A stretch of 64,000 nt of DNA from Podarcis liolepis (lineage: Eukaryota), in NCBI GenBank assembly GCA_965112155.1, contig OZ218105.1; one strand, given 5' to 3'. This document shows, in pieces, positions 1-12,345 of the stretch. The position numbers and the translations under genes were made by a program. The notes below the pieces were generated by a model that saw only the letters and a list, made by a program, of their open reading frames with translations, was not told the DNA's origin and made no database searches. The number at the start of each line of letters is the position of its first letter. The first letter of the stretch is position 1.

Positions 1-218
1 AATGCCTGAGGTTGAGAACAGGGAAATTCCTCACAGAACTCAAACAAGGCAGTCTACATACTTAATCAAAGAACGAGTTTTATTACAAGCATGGAAGGTT
101 TTATTCCATAATCAATTGTGTATTAATCTTGTATTTAATAGGTATTCCTAAGACAGTCGTACACTAATAATGAAGCAGTTACAAATGTCCACCAAAGCGG
201 GTAGCTACCATTTCACAG

Positions 219-592
219 CAGTGGTTGGGAACTTCTGGCCTGTCAGTCTAAATGGACCTGGCAGGCCTCCCCATTTGACCTGCAAGGCTGTTTCAGACAA
301 GCCACACCCACCCTGTCAAAAGTGGCTCCCTGTCAAAAGCTGTGTTTGCAGGCACTGCCGATCAGCTGGTTGTTGGTGCTTATAAAGCCCTGTGCCTTTC
401 CAAGTGCCACCATGTTCACCAGTGCTGGCAAAGGCACAGAGCTCTGCAAATGCAGACAATTTGTACAGGCAAAGAAAACACTTTACGTGCCATCATTGTG
501 ATGTTAGGTGATTGACAGGTAGGTGACAGACAAAATGACTGTTGGGGAACCTAAGCATCTGGCCCGCTGGCTGGAAGCATTTCTCCACCCTG
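219..592. mobile_element. Degenerate hAT-type non-autonomous element
   Basis: Imperfect termini CAGTGGTTGGGAAC and TTTCTCCACCCTG; no clean TSD. Confidence 0.45.
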
Positions 593-713
593 ATCCAGAG
601 AGGAAGACAGGATAAAGCCACATAACATGCTCTTAAAGTATATAGATCATAAGACTCTAAAAACAGTTAAAAATGAAAAGCAAAACCTATCCAGAAATAT
701 AGCTTTTCCTTAC

Positions 714-818
714 AGATTGTTTAACGATGTCAGTCCAATCTGGAGCAACAGCAAATTCAGGGTTCTCTTCTAGCCATCTTGGCAGGTCCTTCATTGGAGG
801 GGCCATAGCTCCACCCAT
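714..818 (-). CDS. CHD7: CHD7 exon 37 ([35 protein letters not shown])
   Basis: Read manually; attag|ATG, TCT|gtaagg; 105 bp. Confidence 0.96.
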
Positions 819-1202
819 CTAATGAAACATTTTTATGTTTTATTAACAAAAACTTACTAGTACATACCTTATATGCCACTTATCAAAGTATATTTTTTGT
901 TAGAGAACAAGTACAGAGCTGGTAATCAAAACATGACAAAAATTCAACTCAGCCATGCATTAAGTGTGGAAAAAGTCTTTGCCAGATATCCTAAGATTTC
1001 TGCAACTCAAAATTCAGAATGCTACTTTGAACAAAGTGATGAAATCTATAGAACTTGCATCAACCTATTAAGTCAACTAATTAAAGGTATTATTATTATT
1101 ATTATATAATTTTTATTATATAATTAAAGGTTATAATCTTTAATCTAAGCATCCTACTAAAAATGCAAGTTTGGAGTTAGAGCAAACTAGGAAAAGCACT
1201 AC

Positions 1203-1343
1203 CTTCTTGCCATTTCTCTTATTTACAACAGGGACCCTCTCTTCTCCAGTTAAGGTGTTTATATCCAGTTTATTAGGGTTTCGACATCTGTGCCGTTTCT
1301 GCTTCGGTTTCTGAAATGGGGAAAACAGCACATCTGCACTCTT
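1203..1343 (-). CDS. CHD7: CHD7 exon 36 ([22 protein letters not shown]...KRNGKK), BRK domain 2 start
   Basis: cttag|AAG, AAG|gtagtg; 141 bp. Confidence 0.96.
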
Positions 1344-1749
1344 CTAAGAGAGGAGGAAAAGTACAGTGCATTACTTGGGGAGTTTTATTATCTCATCTAT
1401 AGAAGTAACTTTTCAACCCACTAGGCATGTATGTATATAGTGTTTTCCAGGTTCAGCACTGGAACAAAACATTATTAGAATTTGTACATCTTTCATTTTT
1501 AGTCATTATAAAACAAAAAAAGTAATGAATGAACAATTAATTAATTATGTTCTATCATGTTAATTGTTATTTATTGTTTATAAGCCACTTTGGGATTCAT
1601 TTGAATGAAAAGCAACTAGAAATGTAATAAATCCAAATCGAATTATGACAAAGGATTAAGAATTATTGCTTTTGGAAATCTTCCCAAGTGATTGAAAGAC
1701 AGTTAAAGCTTTGGACTAATCCCCCCACCCTTGATTAACATCCACTTAC

Positions 1750-1971
1750 TGGTACATAACTTGGCATATCCACAGTGTATGATGGATGCAATTTAAGCCA
1801 TTCAACTAAATCCTTGTTTTTAGGAGCATCCTCTCCCACCAGCCTGGTCCCATCTTCCATATTAATGACAGGGATGCGAGTATCAGGATCCAGTTGCCCA
1901 GGAGATGGAATGTTTCTCAATGGGGGGGTTTCCATTTCTTCATCAAATGCTTTGGTCACTTCTGCATCCTC
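1750..1971 (-). CDS. CHD7: CHD7 exon 35 (EDAEVTKAF...DMPSYVP), BRK domain 1
   Basis: tccag|GAG, CCA|gtaagt; 222 bp. Confidence 0.96.
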
Positions 1972-2055
1972 CTGGAGAAAGGTGACAATTGTATCAACTT
2001 TCAGGAGAACATTACAAGAGTTGCTTCAAAAAGCATACAACTTAAAATGGGAATA

Positions 2056-2274
2056 CAGTTGTACCTTGGATCCCGAATGCTGCAAACCTGGAAGTAATTG
2101 TTCCGGTTTACGAACATTCTTTTGGAAGCCAAACGTCTGATGGGGCTTCTGCGGCTTTGAATTGGCTGCAGGAGCTTCCTGCAGCCAATCAGAAGCCACA
2201 ATTTGGTTTTTGAACATTTTGGCAGATGAACAGACTTCTGAAAGGGATTCTGTTCGACTTCCAAGGTACAACTG
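2056..2274. mobile_element. Tc1/mariner-pogo-type MITE, family A copy 1
   Basis: Perfect 15-bp TIR CAGTTGTACCTTGGA, TA on both sides; homologous to 46296 and 61899. Confidence 0.9.
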
Positions 2275-3279
2275 TACTTCCATCAAACAATTAAACTTAG
2301 TGGGGCCATACACTTTGTACACAGACAAGAGTATGGCAAATGGAAACCCAAATGGGCAGGGTTTTTCCCCATGGGTGCATGTGCTGGAAAGGTCATGCTG
2401 AGTAGGTATGCAAGGTGAAAGCCTACTATGGAGGTACCTGCCAGGACATACGTGAATGTGAATCCCTACAGGTTCATAAGCATTCAACAGTTATACATAG
2501 AATACTGATTACTCAAGCTAATCGGTAGTTTACCCACAATATTTTCTATTTTGAATACAGTTTGCAGAGTCGATAGATGCTTTTTTTAAAGGAACAAATT
2601 TCAGGAAACTGTACAGACTATTCAAAACAATTCATGTGCATCATCTTATAATCCTTGTAACAGGAGGGAGGAAATACCAGCCCACAAGCTTGCTCCAGCA
2701 CAGACAGCTTCTCTGTCCAGGTCTCCAGATTCTTTTCTGAAACCCTGCCCTCTCCTTGGTTTTGCTCCACCAATCTGCTAGTGTCATTCAGCTGTGACTA
2801 GCATGGTCATACATTGTCTCGGGCAATCAGCCCTACTGTGCATGTTCTCCTGTGCCCTGCTACTCCTTCAGTGTTCTCAAGCCCTCAGAAAAAAACACCT
2901 TTGGAAACACTTAAGAAGAGATTTCCACAAGCGTTTGGCTGCATTTGGGCATTTCAAGTCTCTGTTTCCCTCAGAACCATCTTCAGAGCCACCTGAGAAG
3001 CACTCTATGCAAATAGCACCACTGATTATTCACATTAGCATTTTGGGGTTTTTTTGTATTGTACATTGTTTTAAAATGTTCTAGCTCTTCAAATGTTTTA
3101 TCTGTTTGTATTTTATATTAAGTTGCTTGAAGACTTTTCCATGTAAAGATACTAACAAATGCATTAAATAATATTTAAAAAGGCAAGATTGAAGAAGGCT
3201 CATTTTGTGTATCCATAGCCTTGCCCACTTTTTGGCCCTGGCCCCACCCTTTGTGACATACAGCCTTCAGTTGCTGTTA

Positions 3280-3760
3280 TTAAATCGCCTTCCAAATGTC
3301 TCAAAGTGATGTACAAAATGCAATACAAACAGCTAAAACACAGTTAGAACAACGCAGAAGATAACATCAGACAAACATTAAAGCAACACAAAGTAGACCC
3401 TCACAGCAGAGGCCCAATTTGTCCAACTGGGAAAGCTGGTTGGAACAGAAATAGCTTCCATTGCTTCTGGAAAGCGCAAAGAGTGGGCACATGTTGTATA
3501 AGTGATAGGAATGTTGTTTCACAGAACATGGGCAGCCACACTAAAAGCCCTACACTGAGTGACTGCAGAGCAGGCTTCTAATGTCTTTGGATCTTGAAGG
3601 AGAAGCTCTTCCTTATACTCCAGAGACCTTCTGGGTATTAAAGCATTAAGGTGGTCTCTCAAGTAACCAGGTCCTGAACTGATTAGGGCCTTATATGTCA
3701 GAATCAACACACTGAACTTGGTCTGGTAGCAAATTAGCAACCAGTACAAATCCTACTTGC
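3280..3760 (-). mobile_element. L2-clade LINE 3' fragment
   Basis: ORF 3519..3749 has the ORF2 C-terminal pattern (WL.I.Y..KF.VL.LTYKAL...GPGYLRDHL, RAFSVAA); boundaries approximate. Confidence 0.75.
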
Positions 3761-4522
3761 AAGGGGCTAGTTGACTTGCAAGCCAGCCAGCTACTATGTT
3801 GTACATCCACTACAACTTTTGTCTCTCACTTCTACAGGCCATCTCCAGCCTCTTGTCTGTGTCATGACCCAGAGAGAGGAGCTTTGTTTCCCAATCACAC
3901 AACCATGCCAAATAAGATGAATTAGAAGGTGTGAGAGCTCAAGCCTGTGTTGCCCTCCAAAGCAGAGAATTAAACAAAAACCTCTTTGGGGTTGCACTTG
4001 CCAATGGCTCAACCTACCATGTCTAGAAGACTTGGCTTATATCATTCCCTTTCCCCAGCCCCACCAATGCAAGATGAGCTGATCTGGGGCGTGTCTTAAG
4101 CACAGCCTCAGTGGGGCATCGTTTTGATGTTAAAGCATCTCCCAGAAACAGCATCTTGGCAGACCTAGGGAGCTGGTGGTAAACTCTATGCCTCTCCTCA
4201 CACCCCCTGACTTGGCTGCCATCCACTCAGCTCCTCCTTTGGCTGCTGCTATTATTCTACATCAGCTCAAAGCAAATCTGGTGAATTAAAATGAAATTCT
4301 TCTTTTGCAGCGAGTTTAGTTCTTAAGAGGTATTTTGTGATTTTTTTCTTACTGTGTTCAACTGACCAGTGTTTTGTATATTAGAACAGGAGCATGCCCA
4401 AATGTTAATATGGAACTGAAAATACAAAATAGAATATTTATATCTGGGAATAAAATGCCAATTTTGGTGTTCTGCCTGACATAATGAAGAATTAACGTCA
4501 AAGAAAAAGTCTTCTCTCTTAC

Positions 4523-4966
4523 TGCTGTCAACGATGCTCGCTTGTTGCTCATAAATAACAGATCAAGCCCTTCTACATTTTTCCTTCTTCCTCTCCTCCT
4601 TTTCATGGGTGGTTCTACATCAATTAGAGAACCATTTAGTAGATGCCTTGTGGGTGTGCGTGAAAGACCTGCTTGTAGCAACTCCATCTGAGTTTTAAAG
4701 GCATCAGACACTGGTGTGGAAACATTAGGTAATAGAAACTTTGAAGGAACAGCTGAAAAAGTTGAGGTAGAACTTGTTGCCTCTCGTGAGGCCTTTGATA
4801 AGTCTACAATTTTTTCTTGTCCATTTTCTGAGACAACCTGTGACTCTCGCAACTGGGCAACCATTTCCATGAGATTTCTCCTTTTGGCTGCCCTTTCAGC
4901 CTCAATTTCAATCTTTCTTCTCCTCCTCCTCCGCTGGCGTGGAACTGACAAATTGAGTGCATCTTC
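4523..4966 (-). CDS. CHD7: CHD7 exon 34 ([16 protein letters not shown]...KRASLTA)
   Basis: tttag|GAA, GCA|gtaaga; 444 bp. Confidence 0.96.
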
Positions 4967-5097
4967 CTAAAGAAAAATTAAGACATTATTATTATGAGCA
5001 ATGAAATACCCCTTGCTTTTTTGGTGTGATTTCAATTTTCTAAATATTTTAAAATGATGGAAAAAGTTAAACAGGATTGCACAAGCCCAACTAGTTA

Positions 5098-5462
5098 CCG
5101 TATTTTTTGCACCATAACACTCACTTTTTTCCTCCTAGAAAGTAAGGGGAAATGTCTGTGCGTGTTATGGAGCTAATGCCTGCCGGTGGCGGGGGGGATC
5201 TGGTGCAGTCGTGAGCAGAGGATCCATGGTTCCCCTTCCTTCCCTCCTCCGTGGTTACAAAGCATGGATCCACATGGATCCTCAGGATTTTTGCATTGGG
5301 CTACTCCAAACTCACTGTCAGATCACATGTCTGTGGCCATAGCATGAACCACAAAAATCATATATCCACTATTTCGTTTAGAATATTTTTTTTCTTGTTT
5401 TCCTCCTCTAAAAACTACATGCGTGTTATGGTCTGGTGCGTGTTATAGAGCGAAAAATACGG
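5098..5462. mobile_element. Tc1/mariner-pogo-type MITE with CCGTA termini
   Basis: About 23-bp imperfect TIR CCGTATTTTTTGCACCATAACAC / GTGTTATAGAGCGAAAAATACGG; TA on both sides. Confidence 0.88.
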
Positions 5463-5674
5463 TACATATTGTCAGATCAAGTTCTAAGAAGAGATCGTTA
5501 CAGATTTCATCTTAATGAAAAATGTAACATCAGACCTATTTTGTACCTTAATATATTTATTACTATCTTTCTCAGAGTAGGTTTATAACTATGGATGTTT
5601 TTTCTGCTACTGTTTTGACCCCTTCTGGTTTTATATCTTTAAAAGCAACTTTATGACTCTCATACTAAACATGC

Positions 5675-5902
5675 CTTGGACAACTGAGGAGAGACTGTGA
5701 TATCTTCATTGCCACTGATGTTGGCTTGACCAACCATGGAGAGCTCTGCAAAACTCCGTTTCTGTAGAGGGCTGTCCACAGCTGTTGGCGTATACCCAGG
5801 TATAAGGCCCTGGAAATCAAACATCTGGCGTCTATTTACTGGCCACTTCCCTTTCAACACTGCTTCACAGATGTTGTCTAATCGGTTGATCATTACTCGA
5901 TC
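5675..5902 (-). CDS. CHD7: CHD7 exon 33 ([21 protein letters not shown]...SPQLSK)
   Basis: tgcag|GAT acceptor; donor at the expected position is AAG|gcatgt (GC); 228 bp. Confidence 0.93.
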
Positions 5903-7422
5903 CTGCAGAAAGGGAAATACATAATGAATGTCATGTGAAAGTAGCCATTTGAGCTCAGTCGGGCCATGCACACACAGCTTAACAGGCTGCACTGCTTGAC
6001 AAAACTGCAACTGAAACTCCAGATCAGAAGAAATATTACAGGCACTTGTCATTTAAATTATTGGGAATGTTGAGGAGCATGAGTCTTTTGCAAGCCATCT
6101 GACACACATTTTCTCAGTTCTCAGTACTGCTATCATATACTAAAACAAAACATCAGTTAAACCACTAGTAGTATAATTCTTGTAACTCAACATCTTTGCC
6201 TTGGGTATGTCAGAGCCAACAGGCTGCATCTGCAATTTTGTCCCAGGAAGTGGTTCCTCATTAGTGTCACTATTAATAAAGTTCAATGTTATGAAACGGG
6301 CACCAACCTAGGGACATCTAATAAATGTCAATTTTCATTCCACGCCCATTATCACTTCAGGTTCCACTGAAGCGTGTACATTAAAAAATTCTAATTACAG
6401 CTAAGCCCTCTTAGAATATAGGCAAATACAATATGAATGCTACTGCATAGAGAAAAGGGCTTTGAAACCTAGTTGGATAATTTTCAAAATGTGTTTAATG
6501 GTCTTTTAGTTCACTAGTTAATAATGATGCATCACTTCCCTTTCTGGGGAGTCAAAACACCACCCCTGGAAACATTTGCTTTCCATCCATTCTTCTGTCA
6601 TTTTGTGCCATGTGAAGACTATTTTATTCTCCCGAGTTGTTGGTTAATGGCATCATAAACATGTTATCTTTGCTGCTGCTTTGACTGCCTGTTGTTTTAC
6701 TAATTGTTTTATATTGCTGCATTATATTGATTTATTTAAATTGTTCTACATAATTGTAAATCACCTTGAACAAATTTGGTGGAAACACAATATAAACATA
6801 TTAGATATATACACACACAAACAAACATGTACCCACATACATACATGCATACACAATCAACTTTTGAAAATTGGCTATTGATTACTAAATAGAATCAACC
6901 TTCAGTTACCTGAACAGTGTAAAAGCCACTAGCAGATCTCAGCAGCTGCAACCAGCTGCTTGCTTTGCCCAGGAATAAGCCTATTACAGCAGGGGTTATT
7001 TCAACCCCCCCAAACCAGATGGCCCTGTTATGGTGATTAGGAAGCTTAAGACTATTACTACTTTATTTCTCTCCAGCACCCTCTGAAACCAGAACCTGAG
7101 TGGTATATAGAACTAGTACAATTATCACCGCTGCATTTTGTCCAGTAAAGTGTTTTTTTTTTAATTGTTGCAAAAATAAAAGTGATAGCTCTACTAGACA
7201 AATGCTCTCCTATTTTATATTACAAGCTATTTAGGATTACAGTATTTCCTTATTTTACTTCCTTCCATTCATAAAGGAAGAGCTCGCCAAATTTTAGTTT
7301 ATATTCTTATATGTTCAATTAAGTATGATAATGCATATTTACATAGCTTTCATAATTCCAGTCCCATCTCTTTCTGCATGCTAATTTGAATTGCTTTTAG
7401 GGGGCAACTACCTAAACCTACA

Positions 7423-7729
7423 GGGCTGTATCCAACATTCTGTCTAATAGTGCAAGGGCATTTGCGCAAACAGGCAAGATTTAATATGGCATGTAAAGTG
7501 AAATATAAATCTAATGGTGATGATGATGATGCACAATATCCAATGCAACAGTTGTGCTAGTGGAAACTCAAGCGACAGATTGTGCAATCTATTGTGCAAA
7601 GAAAGTTACAAGCAACCCACTTATGCATTCTCTTGTGCAGTAACATTCCACTGCCAGAAAAAAAGATTTGCCGGCAAAACAAGTATATTGCAAATGACTT
7701 TAACTTAGCACTACATTGGATGTAATCCC
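7423..7729. mobile_element. Possible old MITE with GGG...CCC termini (PIF/Harbinger-like)
   Basis: Imperfect inverted termini GGGCTGTATCCAA / TTGGATGTAATCCC. Confidence 0.35.
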
Positions 7730-8653
7730 TAGGCTGTATTGTCAAGTGTTTTCCAGTACTTTTGAACTTGGCTCCACCCTTCTGAATGTACTCTCCCCCC
7801 CCCCTTGCCAACCCCCAACCCCCACCCCCTCTCCAAAAATACACAGGATCCAAGGAGCAGCATGCAGAACTCTACACAGAAACTTAAAAGGATATCCCTT
7901 CCTTCAACATCCTTCTCCAAAAACCTGTTCTGGAAATTTAGGAAAGTTGCCAATTCTGAATGGGTTGCCTCTGAATGAGTCACCACAAGGGAAATGGGTT
8001 TGGCACTGAATAGCGATGGTAAGTGAGACCAAAAGTGGGCAGGAGATTCCTTGCACAGCCATCTATACAACCCCTGTTCACATACAGTCATTTAAACCTC
8101 CCATCATCTATTTCTATTCTTCATGGTAATAAAGCTTACCCAAAAGCCCTCTTGATATGCCAGGGAGGGATACTTAAGGGGTGGCAGCACATTTTGAGTT
8201 AATCCTTCCACCTGCAGCTACCACCTGCCAAAATATCCCCACCATGCTATCTACAATTAGACTTCAGAGTCCCAAGGATCCATGGACCACATCTGGCCTA
8301 CAGGTTGCCCCACAGGGGCAACGGAAAATTTATCCATGCAGCAATGGAGCCAGTAGAAAAGGGAAGGAAGACTTGGCAAAATGCAAAGGCAGTTTGACTT
8401 TCCTCTACTGCTATTATACTAGAAAGGGTGTATGCTCCCAGCAGGCCACTCAGTTGCAGTTGAGCCACTGGTGACCAGGCTGACAAACCTTTGCCATGCC
8501 TTGAGTGTCTCTCATGTCCCCTGAAAGGCACCCCTGCTTCATAGTTTGAGAAAAACTACATTATGTGATAAGTAATGCAACAAGCACATCACTCCTCAGA
8601 AGTGATCAGTTTTCAACAGTCAGATGGTAGGAAGTGTTCTCTGTTGAACCAAC

Positions 8654-8814
8654 CTTTGGCCAGAATGAAAAAGCAAATGTTCTTTCGTGAAGGAGCTGAG
8701 CTACTGATGGGTCTCCATCTTCCATATAAAATCCATCACGTGTTTCATCCCTTGCGGTGCTCAGGGATGCATTGCTTTCTTCATCAAAATTCTTACCCTG
8801 AGAAATTGTTCCTG
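8654..8814 (-). CDS. CHD7: CHD7 exon 32 ([17 protein letters not shown]...FAFSFWPK)
   Basis: Read manually; ctcag|CAG tandem acceptor, AAG|gttggt; 161 bp (158 bp with the distal AG). Confidence 0.95.
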
Positions 8815-9726
8815 CTGAGAAATATTAATCACTAAGAATTAGTCACAGAAGTAAGCCACTATTATTTACAGTATCATTGTAGTGTTGATCTGACAAAGTC
8901 TTTACGGGCAGTTTTCTATACATTAAAGATGTTGAACATTCACTCAGGTTGATAATGTACTCTTTGATATGTTAATGAGATGAAGATCCCAAAAGCAGCA
9001 ATTGGATGGCAATTTTTCAAATTAAACAAGCCGACTTTAGTATGCTATTTTGCCATGTCACTGTATAGTACTCTTCTTATGCTCCATGACTTTGGTGTTT
9101 AGAACAGAGTATGATATATATATCTGCTCTTTTGTGCTCCATATTTATTACAATGATAATATTCCAGTTTTGCAGTCAGCTCAGGATTATCTATCAACTG
9201 AGGCAATTCTGTGTTGTTTTTTAAAAAACAAAAACATTTATACTGCACTGTAGACCTGCTTTGTTGGAACCAAATAAAACACTGGCTTTTCAAACTGCAT
9301 CCTATGCAACTCTTACCCACTACAACTACAGATCTCCCCTATGCAGTATCCAACTGTAGGCCAGCACTAGTTGTTCAAGGATGCAACAGTCTTACAAAGA
9401 AATAATGAGGCCAAAACAGATCCAGGAAGGGTTCTTATAACATACTCCAAAATCCTCTGGATTGTACAAGGTTTTCTAGTCAGATGTAGAGATTGCCTTG
9501 GCAGGTAAGTCAATATGGACAGGCTCTCTGAAGACAGAATGCTTTAAAAAAAACCCTACTGAATTCATGCAATCCTAAAACTGCATATTCAAAGGTATGA
9601 GTAAGATCATAAAATTAAAGGTAGATCTCCTTTCAGCTCAAAAATGTCTGATGGGAGACTGCATATATGGTGTACCAAATATGGACAATATTATTCTGCA
9701 TCAACCCTTATTTTCTTCACGATTAC

Positions 9727-10407
9727 CTTCAGGTTGGGATGACTCTTCTGATTTGTCATCATCATCGAGTTTTTCTTCTTCATCATCTTCCGAACCTTTC
9801 TCAGAAATAGATTTTGGCTCTACCTCTGTGCTCAATTCCATGTCCTTTATTTCACATTTAACAGGACCAGCCTCAGCCTCAGCCTCATATTCCTCCTTAT
9901 CACTTTTTCCTGCAGTATCTGTTGCATCTTCCTCCTCTTTACTATCAGACTCCTCTTTGGCTGATGTTTTCTCAGGTCCTTCCAGTTTAACTTCAGCTTG
10001 TTCTGCAGACTTTTCATCTTGTGCTGGTGTGGATGGGATAACAGAGGCTGTCTGGCTACAGCAGACACCCAATGGGTTTAACAAAGTACTCAGATTACCT
10101 CCACCCCTGTTTTGAGCAAAGTTTTTATGAGAATCAAGAAAAGAAAGTTCAGGGTCATTCAGGATATGATAATCTGTCCTGCTGACTCCATGTTTAGCAG
10201 CACCAATCAGTAAATCTTTGTCATGTTTGCCACATTCCCACCACTCTGGCAGATCCAAGCTTGGCTGACACAGTTTTAACTTTTCCACCAATTGTGGATG
10301 ATGGAGAACCTGCTCTCGGACTTTCCGTAAGAGCTCTATGCGATACAAAGTTCGAGAAGCACGTTCCTCAGTGATTGGTTCAATCACAGTAGAAAGATCA
10401 GGGGGTT
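9727..10407 (-). CDS. CHD7: CHD7 exon 31 ([18 protein letters not shown]...EESSQPE)
   Basis: tatag|AAC, AAG|gtaatc; 681 bp; matches ORF 9701..10387. Confidence 0.96.
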
Positions 10408-11240
10408 CTATAGGAAAAGAGATAAATATGTAGATATTAGGAAGATTTTAAAATTACTACATTTTACTCAACAAAAGGGGGGGGGGAGAACCCTAAAAAT
10501 AACTGACCTGCATTTTCTTACAATATCTTGCTATGATCTCTAATTTAAAGTACTTGAACTCAGATACCCCAAATCACTGGGTCAGCTGCTAAGAAGTTAT
10601 GGAATAATGGTGAACATTCCAAGTGCTCAATATTTTTTAAGAAGTGTCAACACTAGGTCCAAATGGCCTGATGGGGGAGGTGAAGCAGAGAAGAGTGGAC
10701 TGTAGCATTAGTCATCTATGAGTGAGTAAGATACTTCTTTCTCTTTTTTTTGTTACCTCAGTGGCGGAGAAAAAAAGGACACAAACAGCAACAAAGACAG
10801 GAAAATTTATCCAACAAACAAGTAAGCAAGAGAAAGATTACTAAGTAACTTAGAACAACAAAGACAGGAGTTAAAGAGGATTCAGCTGAGTAACAGAGAA
10901 CAAAACCGTGAGAGCTGGGAGGGTCAAGCTGCTCCGTCCAGGCAGGAGGGAAAAAATGAGGAGCTATCTACTTCCCACAATTCTTTGCTCCTGCCTGAGT
11001 CTCGTGCAAGAGGAACAGACCAATCCAAATACTTCATCTTCCACACGTTAGGATTTTTATATACTTTCTACATTTGAATGAATACCTGTGTGTGTGTGTG
11101 TGAATTGAAAAAAGTGAGTATATGTGAAGGGGAAGCAAACATAGAAGATGTATTTTAAATATCCACTTGCACCTTTGCTTGGAACTTGTCTCAGTTTATA
11201 ACTTTCCATTTATTAGAGTTACAGCTATCAGCAAACCTAC

Positions 11241-11449
11241 CTTCATCTGGCTTGGATGGCATTCGGCACACTCGCCTGCACATAGCTACAAAGCAATTGA
11301 AGTACTTCTCTAAACTTTCATCAGACTTCTTATCAAGTCTGGCAAAGGCTCTGAACTGGTTCCAATCAAACTGCTGCTTTATAGGGTCAAAAATAACCCC
11401 AAAAGTAGACACAACACGATAAAAATCTGCTTCCTCTCTTCTTGTCCAT
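11241..11449 (-). CDS. CHD7: CHD7 exon 30 ([17 protein letters not shown]...KPDE), SANT-like region
   Basis: tccag|ATG, AAG|gtaggt; 209 bp. Confidence 0.96.
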
Positions 11450-11601
11450 CTGGAAAAAGGAAGAGATTAGCATGTCAGGACACATCTAAGAGCTTTTCAC
11501 ACCCCAATTTGATACCAGATACCAGGATCTATTTCAAAGAAAATGAGCGATGTTGCAAGCAGATGCTCATTTCTATGAGAACGGAGCCTAAAGAAACTTA
11601 C

Positions 11602-11830
11602 TTTTGACGTTTTTCCGTTATTATAGCTTCTCTTTCAGCTTCTAATGCTCTCACTTCTTCACGAGGTCGTCGACGGCGTCGGTCAGTCTTCATTAGCGCC
11701 TCTTGCCTCATTTGTTGCCTTTTATAGCTACGCTGATAGGCAGTAATGAGGCGGCGCAAGCGGGTAGTCAGGGTTGAAGTGTTAGGCCAGTAGAGTTGGC
11801 CAAAATCAGCATTGCTTTCACTGTGCTTGC
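11602..11830 (-). CDS. CHD7: CHD7 exon 29 ([27 protein letters not shown]...EKRQK)
   Basis: Read manually; tgtag|GCA, AAA|gtaagt; 229 bp. Confidence 0.96.
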
Positions 11831-12293
11831 CTACAGAATATTAGCAAAGCTAATATTAGACATTCGTAATTATAGTCAAATGCTAATTTGCTATATATGA
11901 AAAGCACATTGAGTTTAAAACCCCACAAATCAAATATCTAACACTGAAGTCCTCTTAAGATGAATTCTGAAACATTTACGTCTTGAACTTCACTATTGTG
12001 AACAACACACTCAGTGAAGTTCTGGTGACAACACACAGCTAAAATGGTTATCCCTCTCCAAAATGGTTATAGCTTTGGCTCTGCCACTACACATATCCCA
12101 TTATGTAACCAAACTGAATAAAGCATATACAAAGCAACTGTATATGTAAGTGGCAAATTATTACAAAAAAGATATAAAGCCATTAATTTTTCTGAAAATT
12201 AAAGCACAAAAAGTTGGTCCCTTGTGTACCACAATCAACATTAGATAATATTTGATTATTAACACTTCTCCCTCACCCCATTCCCAGGCTTAC

Positions 12294-12345
12294 TTGTGTG
12301 GAGCTCTATGGATTCTTCCTTGTCAGAAGGAGAGTTTGCAAATTC
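12294..12345 (-). CDS. CHD7: CHD7 exon 28 (EFANSPSDKEESIELHT)
   Basis: Read manually; taaag|GAA, CAA|gtaagc; 52 bp, keeps frame with exon 29. Confidence 0.92.

Noticed and set aside
2026-2487. Similar ORFs at 2026, 46201 and 61889 that look like a small gene family
   Set aside because: All derive from non-coding MITE family A copies; no transposase motifs.
9597-10115. 172-aa Ser-rich plus-strand ORF (also 1775..2140, 4716..4970, 11186..11422)
   Set aside because: Antisense shadows of CHD7 exons; the composition is explained by Glu/Asp/Lys codons on the other strand.
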